Positions 37,297 through 48,065 are shown, counted from the first letter of the stretch. The stretch: 64,000 nt of DNA from Candidatus Poribacteria bacterium (GCA_965198235.1 OZ240248.1:3168001-3232000), one strand, 5' to 3'. Program-made: numbers and translations. The notes: a model not told the origin generated them from the letters alone.

Positions 37297-39309
37297 CTAT
37301 TCCGCCTCCAAAGTCGGTTTGATCTCCCAGAGCGTCACCGTGCCATCCGTACTTCTGGTAGCGATGGTCTGTCCATCGGGTGAATACACGACAGAAACGA
37401 TGTCTGTATGTGCTGTGAATGTGGCTTTATGTTCCCCTGTGATCGCATCCCAGAACCGGACCGTGCCATCCGTACTCCCGGAAGCGATTGTCTTTCCGTC
37501 AGGTGAGTACACAACGGAAGCAACGGTCTTCGTATGTCCCCTCAGTCTGGTTTTGTGTTTCCCTGTTGTCGCATTCCACAATTGCACGATGTCATCGCGA
37601 TATCCTCCACCAGAAGCGATCGTCTTTCCATCAGGTGAATACACTAATGACTTGACCCCGCCTTTGTGTTTTGTGGATATTGCTTTAAGTTCCTCACCCG
37701 TTACGGTGTGCCACACTTGTATTTTGCCGTTCCAACTTCCAGTAGCGATCATTCTGCCATCTGGCGAATACGCTACGGAAGATATGTAATCGGGTCCTTC
37801 ATATATGATTTTGCGTTTCCTTGTCTGCGCGTGCCATAGGTACACTGTTCCTTTATGGTCTTTATAGTGTCCTCCGGCGGTAGCAAGAGTCTGTCCATCG
37901 GGTGAATATGCCACTGAGGATATGTCGTACCCGCGGTCTGCGTTGGCATGTTTGAATGTGGCTTTGTGTTTACCCGTTCCCGGACTCCACAACTGAACTG
38001 TATTATCGGACAAGTTCACCATAGCGATCGTCTTTCCATCAGGTGCGTACACTATGGAAGCAAGGGTGCTGTTCGTGTGTTCGGTATATGTAGTTTTGAG
38101 TTTCTTTGTCTTAACATCCCGCAATTGCAGTGAGTTGCTACGATAGTCCCCAACCGTAGCGATCGTCTTTCCATCAGGTGAATATGCGACAGCGTTAATA
38201 TGGATATATCCTGTGAGGACAGTTTTGGTTTCACCCGTGACAGCATCCCATAATCGCACAGTGTTGTCTTTCCAACCTCCAGCAGTAGCGATCGTGTTTC
38301 CGTCGGGTGAATATACTACCGAGTTTACTGGACCTGTATGTCCAGTTAGTGTAGATTTAAGTTTTGTTGTTCGTGTATCCCACAATCGTAACTTGCTGTC
38401 CTCACTTGCAGCAGCCACGGTGTTCCCATCAGGTGAATATGCGACAGAATTAACAGGTGCATTCAGCCACGGAAATAGGGAGTTAATCCAATTCGTCCGT
38501 TTCAGGATGGCTTTGTGTTTTCCGGTGGCGACATCCCACAACCGCACCATGCCATCCGTGCTCCCAGAGGCGATAATATTGCCATCGGGTGAATATGCAA
38601 CGGAATTGACTCGCTTCGTATGTCCAGTCAGTGTAGTTTTGTGGCCACCCGTTTGTGCGTCCCATAACTGTACAACGTTATCTGTCCAACCTCCAGCAGT
38701 AGCGATGGTGTTTCCATCGGGCGCATACACAAAAGACTGGACGCTACCTCTACCTACCCTCTCGAGTGTTCCTTTGGATTTTCCTGTAGCAGCGTCCCAC
38801 AAATATACCGTGTTGTCCCGCTTTCTTGCAGTCGCGATAGTGTTTCCGTCGGGTGAATATGCAATGGAAGCGGCCCTCTGTGTCTGTAGTCTGATGGTGG
38901 TTTTCTTTTCGCCACTGGTGCCATCTCTCAGTTGTACTGTATTGCCCGCAGTTGAAGGCAGTCTTGCCTCTCTTGTTCCTGTTACCACTATCATCTCGTT
39001 CGTGCTCCCATTGGCGATGGTGTTTCCATCGGGCGCGTATGCGAACGCAAAGGGAGCGACACCGTTTGTGTACAGCAACAAATCTAATTCTTTACCGGTC
39101 TGTGGATCATAAAACCAGATACCGATAGAACTGGAAACCGCAAGCCGGCTACCGTCCGGAGAAAAATGGACTTCGCCTAACGTTCCTTTACCGAGCCTTG
39201 CTATTGCCCCCTCGGGTAAACTGAATTGCGTGGAATCTTGGGCGATAGTCGAGAAACAGCAGATTAATAGTGTAAGTATTGTGCATCTCAGGAAAAGGGT
39301 AATTTTCAT
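37297..39309 (-). CDS. Secreted WD40-repeat protein
   Basis: Signal peptide; LPEGAIARLGKG; repeated V.YSPDG.TIA....D.TV.LWD. Confidence 0.92.
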   Translation of the reverse strand: MKITLFLRCTILTLLICCFSTIAQDSTQFSLPEGAIARLGKGTLGEVHFSPDGSRLAVSSSIGIWFYDPQTGKELDLLLYTNGVAPFAFAYAPDGNTIANGSTNEMIVVTGTREARLPSTAGNTVQLRDGTSGEKKTTIRLQTQRAASIAYSPDGNTIATARKRDNTVYLWDAATGKSKGTLERVGRGSVQSFVYAPDGNTIATAGGWTDNVVQLWDAQTGGHKTTLTGHTKRVNSVAYSPDGNIIASGSTDGMVRLWDVATGKHKAILKRTNWINSLFPWLNAPVNSVAYSPDGNTVAAASEDSKLRLWDTRTTKLKSTLTGHTGPVNSVVYSPDGNTIATAGGWKDNTVRLWDAVTGETKTVLTGYIHINAVAYSPDGKTIATVGDYRSNSLQLRDVKTKKLKTTYTEHTNSTLASIVYAPDGKTIAMVNLSDNTVQLWSPGTGKHKATFKHANADRGYDISSVAYSPDGQTLATAGGHYKDHKGTVYLWHAQTRKRKIIYEGPDYISSVAYSPDGRMIATGSWNGKIQVWHTVTGEELKAISTKHKGGVKSLVYSPDGKTIASGGGYRDDIVQLWNATTGKHKTRLRGHTKTVASVVYSPDGKTIASGSTDGTVRFWDAITGEHKATFTAHTDIVSVVYSPDGQTIATRSTDGTVTLWEIKPTLEAE

Positions 39310-39456
39310 GATGCCTGGACGCTTTTGTCGTGAATTATGTTGAGAATATATACCATTGGATTATGACATGTCGCATCCCTTATGAAAAAATAGCGGTCTA
39401 CTACAATTTTCAAATCAGAACCTGTTGAAGAAATCTTGCTCCATTACTGCGCGCAA

Positions 39457-40611
39457 TTAGAAAGGGTCGATCTGTTTATGGAACTGCTTTTCGCCGTTTT
39501 TGATGGTGAGTATGACAGAACTTTTGGTTGGATGCCGGTTTTCGTCATAACTTCCGATCCGAGTCGCGCCGGTGTAATTTTCAGTGGCACTCAATTGATC
39601 GCGAATTGCTTCGGGTGCGAGACTGCCTGCCCGTTCGATTGCTTCAAAAAGCAATTTGACCGCGTCATAATTGACAGCGATACCGCCTGTTGGCACCTCT
39701 CCGTGAATAGATTGGTAAGCGTCAATAAACGCTCGTGCTGCCGGTTCATCTGTGCTCGGTGAAAAGTGTGTCGTAAAAAAACTTCCCTCTACTTCAGCAT
39801 CTTCGTCGGCTAACAATACTTCGTTGTCCCATGTATCCGTTCCAAGAAATAGAGTCGGAGTACCTACGGCGTTTTGCAAGGGAATTGCCCTTGCCTGCTG
39901 TGTGATAGGACCGATGTCACGTGCGAAACTGGAGATGAAGAACGCTTCAGGTTGCGTCGCAGCAATGCTCGTCAACTGTTCTGTAAAATCCATTACCCCA
40001 CTTTCGTAGGATTCATTAGCGACGATCTCGCCGCCGAGTTTGCTGAAATTGCGTGCGAAAAATTCAGAGATGCCTTCCGTATAAACGTCCCCACTTAGTG
40101 TCAAAATGGCTGCAGTGGTTACGTCGAGTTCTGTAATTGCGAACTGTGCCAGGACCTTACCTTGAAACGCATCTGTAACGGATGCCATGAAGACGAAATC
40201 ACCGGCTTTTGTGACATCGGGGTTGCTTGCAGCGGTGGTAATCATTGGCACACGATATCGTTGTGCGATTGGACCTACGGCAACAGCGTGTGTAGAGCGG
40301 TTGGGTCCAATAATAGCGATTACTTTGTCTGTAAGAATCATGTCCTCAGCAGTTTGGATGGAAAGGGGTAATGATGCTTCTATGTTAATGAGGCTGACCA
40401 ATTCGATAGGTGTGCCGAAGATTCCGCCAAGTTCGTTAATTTCATCCACAGCGAGTTGGGCACCGTTCAGGTACGGAGCGCGGTCGCCCGCAACAATAAA
40501 ACCGATTTTCAGAGTTTGAACTTCTTCTGAGACGGTTATTTCTTGGATTCTTTCGCATCCAGCCAATGTTAGTAACGACACAATCAAACAGCATGCAAGA
40601 AATTTGAACAT
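39457..40611 (-). CDS. Branched-chain amino acid ABC substrate-binding lipoprotein (LivK/LivJ-like)
   Basis: Lipobox LAGC; AVDEINELGG; YDAVKLL; YTGAT. Confidence 0.88.
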   Translation of the reverse strand: MFKFLACCLIVSLLTLAGCERIQEITVSEEVQTLKIGFIVAGDRAPYLNGAQLAVDEINELGGIFGTPIELVSLINIEASLPLSIQTAEDMILTDKVIAIIGPNRSTHAVAVGPIAQRYRVPMITTAASNPDVTKAGDFVFMASVTDAFQGKVLAQFAITELDVTTAAILTLSGDVYTEGISEFFARNFSKLGGEIVANESYESGVMDFTEQLTSIAATQPEAFFISSFARDIGPITQQARAIPLQNAVGTPTLFLGTDTWDNEVLLADEDAEVEGSFFTTHFSPSTDEPAARAFIDAYQSIHGEVPTGGIAVNYDAVKLLFEAIERAGSLAPEAIRDQLSATENYTGATRIGSYDENRHPTKSSVILTIKNGEKQFHKQIDPF

Positions 40612-40880
40612 TATCTTTCCTTGTAAAAAATGGTTTGTTTTGTTTTACATATTTGCTACAATGTTTTTCAAGCAGTTGAAGATGGGAGTGGGTGAGTATC
40701 TGAGAGCAGTACGTGCCCTTTTCTATAATTATTATCCTTTATTTTACCAAAATAAACAAGCGAATTCTATGGAATGGCTGTCGGTTGTCGGTAAGAGGTT
40801 TTTGATTAAATTAGACATCTCTTTACTGAGGCTGACTGCCAATCGCCAACTCTCAAAACTATAATGTAACGCTATCTGCT

Positions 40881-41639
40881 ATGGAAAGTTTGATCACAGT
40901 GATTGGCCGCGGTCATTCTGGGACGCGCGCCATTTCTCATACGTTATACGCCAGTGGGGTTTTCATGGGAAGCCAGCTGAACCCCTCCGGCGATAAGATT
41001 CCACCGCACGCGATGTATGATGCATGTCGAGTGATGGCGCAATATGTCAAGTGGCAAGGCGAGTTATCGTGGGATTTTGAACCCCTGTTTACGATGCCGA
41101 TCGATCCGGAATTTGAGCACCTCATCAATATCTACCTTGAGGATGTGCTACAGGATCCGGCACCCTACAAAGGCTGGAAAATTCCAGAGACTACGTTAGT
41201 CTACCCGTGGATAATTCGGATGTTTCCTGAGATAAAGTTCATCCACTGGGTTCGGGATCCGCGGGATTGTATTCGGGGCGATCACAAAACCGACGATCTT
41301 CGGGATTTCGGGGTCGCCTATCCTGAAACAGACGACATCTATGAAAGACGAGCGATTTCATGGATCTATCAGTATAAGCTCATGCAAGCGACACCTATGC
41401 CCAAGAATGTTATCCAGATCCGCTTTGAGGACTTCGTTCTGAATCAGGAGGCGATACTCAAGGAGCTTGAAGCGTTCTTGGATATCCCGTTGGGGCGGAT
41501 TATCGTGCGTCCAGATGCAGTAGACCGCTGGAAGCGAGACGTTGCGGAATTGGAGCCGGGAGCATCGTTACCGCAGTACGAATTTGAGTTTCTGAAAAAA
41601 GCAATCGTTGAAAACGGTTATTCTTTAACAGCAACATAA
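40881..41639 (+). CDS. Sulfotransferase family protein
   Basis: GRGHSGT, GWKIP, VRDPRD, IRFEDFV. Confidence 0.85.
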   Translation: MESLITVIGRGHSGTRAISHTLYASGVFMGSQLNPSGDKIPPHAMYDACRVMAQYVKWQGELSWDFEPLFTMPIDPEFEHLINIYLEDVLQDPAPYKGWKIPETTLVYPWIIRMFPEIKFIHWVRDPRDCIRGDHKTDDLRDFGVAYPETDDIYERRAISWIYQYKLMQATPMPKNVIQIRFEDFVLNQEAILKELEAFLDIPLGRIIVRPDAVDRWKRDVAELEPGASLPQYEFEFLKKAIVENGYSLTAT

Positions 41640-41656
41640 CAAAGAAAGGAAATATT

Positions 41657-42676
41657 ATGTCAACTACTTACCGTGTTGGACTTGTCGGAGCAGGTGGGAT
41701 CGCCAATGCGCACGGCAACGCGTGTCAACAAGCACCGAGTGCTGAATTGGCGGCGATCTGTGATGTATCGGAAAATGCCTTAGCCAGTTTCGGTGAACGC
41801 TTTGACGTGGATCCTGAAAACCGGTATCTCTCTTTAGAAGAGATGTTAGACGCTGAGGATTTGGACATCGCTGTTATCTGTACTTGGGGTGCCTTTCACG
41901 CTGAGGTCGGTATCCAGCTTTCTGAATCCCGCCAAGTCAAAGCGATTTTGTGTGAGAAACCATTCACATCAACAGCTGCGGAGGCGGAAGCGTTCGTCGG
42001 TGCGGCGCAAGAGAATGGTGTGCTGGTGGCGGAAGCGTTTAAATTTCGGCATCATCCAATGCATCTCAAAGCGAAAGAACTTATTGATGCGGGGGCTATC
42101 GGGGACTTTAAGACGCTTCGAAGCACCTTCTGCACTGGCGGCGGTGGCGGCGGACCAGAAACGCGACGCCCTGAGATGAATTGGCGGTTTAATAAGGCGA
42201 AGGGTGGCGGTAGTATTTACGATTTGGCGTGTTACAATATCCATCACGCGCGATTTATGTTTGGTGCTGAACCGATTCGGGTATCGGGGATGTCTCAAGC
42301 CGGGTTAGAAGTCGACGATGGTTCCTATCTATTGTTAGTATTCCCGGGTGAACGTGTTGCGCAGATTTCTACCGGTTTTAATTGTGCTGGTGGACAGTAT
42401 GCTGAAATGTCAGGCACCGGCGGCATGTGTCGACTTGATCGGGTTTGGAACAATGAGAACTCAGCCGTCAATATTGAACTCACCACACGAGAGGGCAGAG
42501 AAGTCATTGATTTTGAACCGTGTTTCCAATTTGCGTTGCAATTAGAGTATATGTGCGAGGTTTTAGCGACCGGAAAACCGCACCGTATCTCACCCGAAAG
42601 CTGCGTGAATCAGATGCGTGTTATTGATGCCGCGTTTGAAGCGATGGCGACTGGGCGCACAGTCGAATTAGGGTAA
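41657..42676 (+). CDS. Gfo/Idh/MocA oxidoreductase
   Basis: GAGGIA, LCEKP, GGGSIYDLACY. Confidence 0.9.
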   Translation: MSTTYRVGLVGAGGIANAHGNACQQAPSAELAAICDVSENALASFGERFDVDPENRYLSLEEMLDAEDLDIAVICTWGAFHAEVGIQLSESRQVKAILCEKPFTSTAAEAEAFVGAAQENGVLVAEAFKFRHHPMHLKAKELIDAGAIGDFKTLRSTFCTGGGGGGPETRRPEMNWRFNKAKGGGSIYDLACYNIHHARFMFGAEPIRVSGMSQAGLEVDDGSYLLLVFPGERVAQISTGFNCAGGQYAEMSGTGGMCRLDRVWNNENSAVNIELTTREGREVIDFEPCFQFALQLEYMCEVLATGKPHRISPESCVNQMRVIDAAFEAMATGRTVELG

Positions 42677-42760
42677 CAGATTTAAATGGCTATCGGCTTT
42701 CAGTCTTCGGCTATCAGTAGGAATGGCTGACGGCTGATGGCTATTATTCTCACAACTATT

Positions 42761-43456
42761 ATGGCAAATTTTTCGGAGACGAAGGCTCTTACCTTTGACC
42801 TGTTCGGTACAATCTTGGATTTAGGGGGGAGTCTTACCCCCTTCATTGACGAATCACTGAAAGTACGTGCTGTCGATGGATCGGCGGATGAATTCTGGGC
42901 GCAGTGGCGGTACCGTCAGCGAATCGAGCAGTATCAAGATACGATTGTAATGCTCGGACATAGCGGTTACCTGGAAACGGTGCGCCGCGCCCTGCACTAC
43001 ACGCTGAGAGGGAACGGCATTGATGCTACGCCTGATACGGTAGCGGAATTTATGCGTGGCTGGCAGTCCCTCTCCCCTTTTCCAGAGGTGTTGGCTGCTC
43101 TCGCGAAGATGCAATCTCGGTATCAGTTGGTGGTGTTGTCCAACGGGGATCCGTCGTTTTTAGAATATCTCGTCACGGAACGGGTTGCATGGGATTTTGA
43201 CGATGTGATTTCGGTAACATCGGTTGGGGCGTTTAAGCCACATCCAGCGGTCTACCGTGCCGCGGCAGGGAAGTTAGGGCTTGAAGTTGACGAGTGCTTG
43301 ATGGTATCTGCGAATTCGTTTGACATCATGGGGGCGCGAGCGTGTGGCTTTAGAGGGGCGTTTGTGAACCGCTATCAACTTCCGTATGAGGATACACCCT
43401 ACCAACCCGACGTAACGGTGGGCGATTTCACGGAGTTAGCGGCAGCGTTGCTATAA
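42761..43456 (+). CDS. Haloacid dehalogenase, type II
   Basis: FDLFGTILD, WRYRQ, LSNG, FKPHP, VSANSFDI.GA. Confidence 0.88.
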   Translation: MANFSETKALTFDLFGTILDLGGSLTPFIDESLKVRAVDGSADEFWAQWRYRQRIEQYQDTIVMLGHSGYLETVRRALHYTLRGNGIDATPDTVAEFMRGWQSLSPFPEVLAALAKMQSRYQLVVLSNGDPSFLEYLVTERVAWDFDDVISVTSVGAFKPHPAVYRAAAGKLGLEVDECLMVSANSFDIMGARACGFRGAFVNRYQLPYEDTPYQPDVTVGDFTELAAALL

Positions 43457-43917
43457 GGGACATGAGACTGGTCTGCCCAGGTTTTCCTGGACACGATTAC
43501 TGATTTCAAAAGCACCATTGTCCTGAACCGCTACGATGTACCCGCCCCATTCGATGAACTGCTCATCCCATGCCCATAATTCTACGGTCATCCCTTCTGT
43601 GGGGAGTTCGGCTTTTTTGATGTCATCGGTCATTTGGACACGGGCACCCGCGCCACCACCCAACTGCACTGCTTCTCCAAACTTACCCTGGACGATTTGA
43701 AGTTTCCCTATCATCTCGGCATCTTGGTTGCCCCAGATATCCTTTACCGTATTGCCTTTTACAGTGTTTTTGTCAAAACTCCAGTAGCCAATTAACCCAT
43801 CTTCGATGACGACTGTCTGGGCAGCGACAGGAATTCCTATTCCCAATCCAGCGATTAAAACAACCGCTAAACTCAAAACCACTTTTTTCTTGTTGCGTTC
43901 ATAACAAACGGAAACAT
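43451..43917 (-). pseudogene. Frameshifted, truncated LamG/ConA-like secreted protein
   Basis: SD AAGGAG plus ATG 43917 is out of frame with the GLIGYWSFD...GKFGEA ORF, with the shift near the A6 tract at 43883-43888; similarity stops after QDNGAFE. Confidence 0.65.
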
Positions 43918-44074
43918 TTTTCACTCCTTTGGTTGACACCCTACCGCTTTTCGCACACACATTGTGTGGAGTGTTGGGTTTCGCTTTGTTTGGTTCCAAA
44001 GGTGTATCATCGACACGCAGGAACCTACTATGAAAACCTAATAGCATGTGTATTCCCGCTCAACCCAACCTACA

Positions 44075-44401
44075 CTACTTCGTTTGGCTTTTTACGTCGC
44101 CCCACGACGTGCTTAAGAGCGATGTTGACGGGGAAACAGGTAGTTGCTTCGGCGCGAACCAATTACCCGCATAATTGCTGCCATCTTTTGTAAGTTGTGT
44201 GGCCTTTTGACTTATCAGATTGATTTTGACAATTTGTGAATTGTTTCCAATAACACCTTCGGGATTCATTATATAGATTTCCCAATTACCATCGCGATTT
44301 GACGAAAACAGAATCTTTTCGCTGCTGAGTGGTTTTGCTGAAACAGGGCATAGCAGCCCGAAGATGAGGCAACAAAGAATGAAGATGTCTCGTCGTTTCA
44401 T
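44075..44401 (-). pseudogene. Internally deleted TolB/PD40-repeat protein
   Basis: Signal peptide and FSSNRDGNWEIY joined directly to the last repeat and the C-terminal VSP...LLSTSWGDVK motif. Confidence 0.6.
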
Positions 44402-44458
44402 GAGAAAACCCCCTATATCAATGATTTGTTTACATGCCAGTCCTCTTGGCGGGTTATC

Positions 44459-44575
44459 TATGGTAAAACCCACAATTACTTGGACATTGCGGGGAGGCGA
44501 GGATACAATCCTCGCCAGCGGGGGTGAGCAGTTCATTCACTGAGCAACTATCTGTATATTTTTAGGTTTTACATA
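44459..44575. mobile_element. MITE-like element with TAT(a/g)GTAAAACC termini
   Basis: Imperfect terminal inverted repeats; internal AATTACTTGGACATT and GCGAGG..CCTCGC shared with 57925-58039. Confidence 0.6.
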
Positions 44576-44728
44576 AATATTAAGGATATTAAATCAGATA
44601 GGTAGGGCTGAGGGATAGTCGATGGTTAACCTAAGGTTTATCCAAGTTCCACCTGTTTTTAGGCGCGCTTACAAGGCGCGCCTGTGGGAGATTGATATGC
44701 GCGGATTCAGGAAAGTAGAAAGTGAGGT

Positions 44729-45565
44729 TTACGACCAGACAAACACTTCGTTATCCTCAGGGGAATACCCAATAAACACCGCCAAGACGATTCGAGTGTG
44801 ATTGCCTTGAACGGGTGGTACTTCATGGATACACCGTGTATTGAAAAAGTAGAGGTCACCCTGCTCTAATTCGACTTCACAGTTCTGTATCCCGTTATCA
44901 GCAGCATATTGATCAAAAGTTTCCTCGGCGATATGGGGTTGAACTTCTTCGGACCAGAGACAGCGATGCAGGATAGCTTGCGTGCCTCTTCCATTCTCAT
45001 CGGCATTTTGGACGCACAACACACCTGCAAACTGATGTTCGAAGCGGTAAACTTCATAATTGGTGCGCTGTTCACGGTATTTGACGTGATCGATGTGGGG
45101 CTTATAACTGTGTGTTTCGTAATGGACACGGAAGATCGCGGGACCGTAGCGTGAACCGTCCTGTTCACGCGCCACCTTCACCTCTTTTCCCGGTGAAAGG
45201 GCAGTGAGCGAATCGTAGATGAGATCGACAGGATTATCAAATCCATCGAATAGGAATTTGAAGAGGTGTTCTGTCGCCTTGGCGTGTGCCAAAAATTTCG
45301 CTTTATCCACACCACGATTACCGAGGCTGGTGCCTATGTCGATACGAGTGCGTTTGTCGGCGGAGTTGATATCGGCTTCATCTCGCATCAGACCCATATT
45401 TGTGAACCGATTGATGAGCCCATGACATTGTGCGGGTGAATAGGCGTTCCGAAGGATGATGGCGGGCACTTCGGCTTGGGAGAGGGCATAAATCGGGTCG
45501 CTGTAGGTTTTACAAATTGTCTCAAGGTCAGGCTCAGCGGGGAGCCAGTTGGTTTGGGCGTTCAT
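44729..45565 (-). CDS. 2OG-Fe(II) oxygenase family protein
   Basis: PHID, GDLYFFN...HEV, R motif; GGAGG SD before ATG 45565. Confidence 0.75.
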   Translation of the reverse strand: MNAQTNWLPAEPDLETICKTYSDPIYALSQAEVPAIILRNAYSPAQCHGLINRFTNMGLMRDEADINSADKRTRIDIGTSLGNRGVDKAKFLAHAKATEHLFKFLFDGFDNPVDLIYDSLTALSPGKEVKVAREQDGSRYGPAIFRVHYETHSYKPHIDHVKYREQRTNYEVYRFEHQFAGVLCVQNADENGRGTQAILHRCLWSEEVQPHIAEETFDQYAADNGIQNCEVELEQGDLYFFNTRCIHEVPPVQGNHTRIVLAVFIGYSPEDNEVFVWS

Positions 45566-45616
45566 AGTAACCTCCGTCATGAACTCAGAGCGGTACTTGA
45601 CACCGCATGCACACAT

Positions 45617-46456
45617 TTAGAATCTCGGATTGAAGAGATAATTGTAATCATCTATTTTTTGATCAACGAAGTCAATGAACTCAGCATTATGGTCGAGATC
45701 GCTGTTTTCAAAAACGACTTCGCATCCAGTTTTATACTTCAGTCGGCGGTCGGATTTTAGCCAACTGACACGGTGAATCATAGCGATCATGTGGCGTGGT
45801 GCCTCGGATGGGTTAGGGACGCCTCGGTGCCACAGTCGCATATCTCGGATGAGTGTACTACCCTTCTTCGCATTTCCACGGATAGGGGGACAGATTTTAC
45901 GGCGTGCTTCCTCCTCTTCTGCCTCTATCCCTCGCCCACTGACATCCAGATGTGAGCCGGGCCAAAGTTCTACACTGCCGTTTTCCTCAGTTGTATCCTG
46001 TGGTGAAATATTAACGACAACTTCTGCTGTTGGGTGTGCTACTTCTTGGTCTGGCCACAGGTGAGCACCGTCTCTGTGGAGCGGTTGTGTTGTGCTACCG
46101 GGGCTGTTCGTGTTGCCGTTGTAAAAGTTATTATAGAGCCCATGACCCAGGAGTGCCTTCGTCACCTGCACGACGTAAGGGTTCGCGACGACATCTCTAA
46201 AAATGTAGGGAGCAAATGGTGGCGGTCCCTGTTGGAGATGCCCTATGAGTTTGCCTGCGCCACCCCATTTCTGGGCTTTAATCAGGATTTGCGAATCTGC
46301 ATCCATCCGTTCGCGAAGAATGTCCAAGTGTTCATAATTGATGACGTTCTCTAAAACAACGTACCCATCAACGCGGATCGCCTTAACGGCTTGCTCCACG
46401 TGTGCATCTGTCAGTTTTCCTGCTGCCAATTCTTTCGGTTGAACAGTTATTTCCAT
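45617..46456 (-). CDS. Phytanoyl-CoA dioxygenase (PhyH) family protein
   Basis: DGYVVL, QPLHRD, ENGS...PGSH, WHRG..N. Confidence 0.88.
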   Translation of the reverse strand: MEITVQPKELAAGKLTDAHVEQAVKAIRVDGYVVLENVINYEHLDILRERMDADSQILIKAQKWGGAGKLIGHLQQGPPPFAPYIFRDVVANPYVVQVTKALLGHGLYNNFYNGNTNSPGSTTQPLHRDGAHLWPDQEVAHPTAEVVVNISPQDTTEENGSVELWPGSHLDVSGRGIEAEEEEARRKICPPIRGNAKKGSTLIRDMRLWHRGVPNPSEAPRHMIAMIHRVSWLKSDRRLKYKTGCEVVFENSDLDHNAEFIDFVDQKIDDYNYLFNPRF

Positions 46457-46578
46457 GTTTTTAACGATTGAATTTTCGCTCCGTTTTTCCGTTTTGATTA
46501 TCAGCTCGTGCCTTTATAAAATGTGGAAGACGAGTTGATGGTCAAAAAACAGGTTTTCGATGAATATCAACGACATCG
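46457..46578 (-). promoter_or_regulatory. Two-hairpin leader element (phyH copy)
   Basis: P1 GATG/CATC, GAAAAC, P2 CTGTTTTT/AAAAACGG, 24 nt tail, ATG. Confidence 0.7.
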
Positions 46579-46670
46579 GTGATAATTCGGGCACGTGAGA
46601 GAGCAAAACTGTTTTACCGAGAAACTCTTCTGTTCTACGTCTCCCCAGTAGCTTCCAGCTCTCGGTTGAT

Positions 46671-48026
46671 TTAAGAATCAAAAAATTCGGTATAGAGTGC
46701 CTGAACGGCTGTCTCCATATCTTCGGATTTTATACCGAACATCATACTGACTTCGTTGGAGCCTTGATTAATCATTTCAATGTTGACTTTCGCGCCAGAT
46801 AACGCCTTTGTAGCACGCGAGGCGATGCCGACAGTGTGACGCATGCCTTCACCCACGACCATGATTAGAGAGAGTCCGCGTTCTACAGAGATGTCTTCCG
46901 GTGCAAGGGTCTGCCGAATCTGTTCGACAATTCTCTTCTCTTTTGCTGTAGATAGGTTATCCTCTCGGAGAATGACGGACATATTGTCTATCCCCGAAGG
47001 AACGTGTTCAAAAGAGATATCTTCGGTTTCTAATATCTGTAGCAGCCGCCGACCAAATCCGATTTGACGGTTCATTAGGTATTTACTGAGATAGAGACAG
47101 CAAACACTGTCCATCGCAGCGATACCGACAACCGGAATATCCGTTGACGTACGGCTTGGAACAATTAGCGTGCCGTCTGCTTTCGGGTTATTCGTATTGC
47201 GGATGTTGACTGGCACCTGTGCTCGGTAGACGGGTTCGAGTGCCTCATCGTGAAATACGGAAAAGCCTGCGTAAGAGAGTTCGCGCATCTCGCGGTAGGT
47301 TAACTCCGCGATCGGTACCGGATCTTTAACGATAGACGGGTTCGCGGCGAACACGGAATCGACATCTGTAAAGTTCTCATAGGCTTCCGCCCGAACAGCA
47401 CTGGCGAGAATAGCCCCTGTAATATCTGAACCGCCGCGCGAAAAGGTAACAACGTTGCCCTGTTTTGAGTAGCCGAAGAAGCCGGGAAAAATGGTGATGC
47501 CGGGACGCTCGTGTAAATCACGGAGTCGGTTGTATGCTTCGGGTAGCACTTGAGCGTTACCTGGCTCGTCCGAAAGTAGTAATCCAGCATCCTTTGGATT
47601 CACATAATGTGCGTCTACACCGCGTGCCTGTAGCACTTGTGCAATGAGGCGGGCGCAGTTGTCTTCACCTCCTGCCTTCATTGTGTCCATATAGAGGTCG
47701 GCATCGGTTGTGCTATTTTCCAAGCGTTCCGTTAGGTCACGAGCGATAGGCTCGGCAACCTCGGGTGGGAGGCATAATTCAGAGGCAATGCTCCTGTACC
47801 GTTCAATCGCTTCAGCACATTCCGAGGCACCGATTTTTCCCATGAGTCGTTGGGATGCCGCAGCGATGAGCAGGTCTGTTACTTTGATGTCTTGGCTATA
47901 TCGTTTTCCGGGGGCAGAGACAACAATGAGACGGCGTCCCGGATCGGCAGTGATGATGTCGCAAACACGGCGGACTTGCTCCGCTGACGCAAGGGAGCTT
48001 CCGCCAAATTTTGATACTTTTAACAA
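46671..48026 (-). CDS. lysC: Aspartate kinase
   Basis: KFGGSS, VVSAPG, RGGSDIT, C-terminal ACT domains. Confidence 0.9.
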   Translation of the reverse strand: MLKVSKFGGSSLASAEQVRRVCDIITADPGRRLIVVSAPGKRYSQDIKVTDLLIAAASQRLMGKIGASECAEAIERYRSIASELCLPPEVAEPIARDLTERLENSTTDADLYMDTMKAGGEDNCARLIAQVLQARGVDAHYVNPKDAGLLLSDEPGNAQVLPEAYNRLRDLHERPGITIFPGFFGYSKQGNVVTFSRGGSDITGAILASAVRAEAYENFTDVDSVFAANPSIVKDPVPIAELTYREMRELSYAGFSVFHDEALEPVYRAQVPVNIRNTNNPKADGTLIVPSRTSTDIPVVGIAAMDSVCCLYLSKYLMNRQIGFGRRLLQILETEDISFEHVPSGIDNMSVILREDNLSTAKEKRIVEQIRQTLAPEDISVERGLSLIMVVGEGMRHTVGIASRATKALSGAKVNIEMINQGSNEVSMMFGIKSEDMETAVQALYTEFFDS

Positions 48027-48065
48027 TCCGGATCCTCCAATTTTTTGTGCTATTTAGTAACTCAC

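Noticed and set aside
38213-39112. Long antisense ORFs (also 12502-13092, 15422-16072, 35281-36051, 37319-37789)
   Set aside because: Shadows of real genes on the other strand; no independent motifs
37297-39309. WD40 repeats as a diversity-generating or phase-variable array
   Set aside because: Ordinary degenerate protein repeats; no reverse transcriptase or adenine-specific template/variable pair is seen
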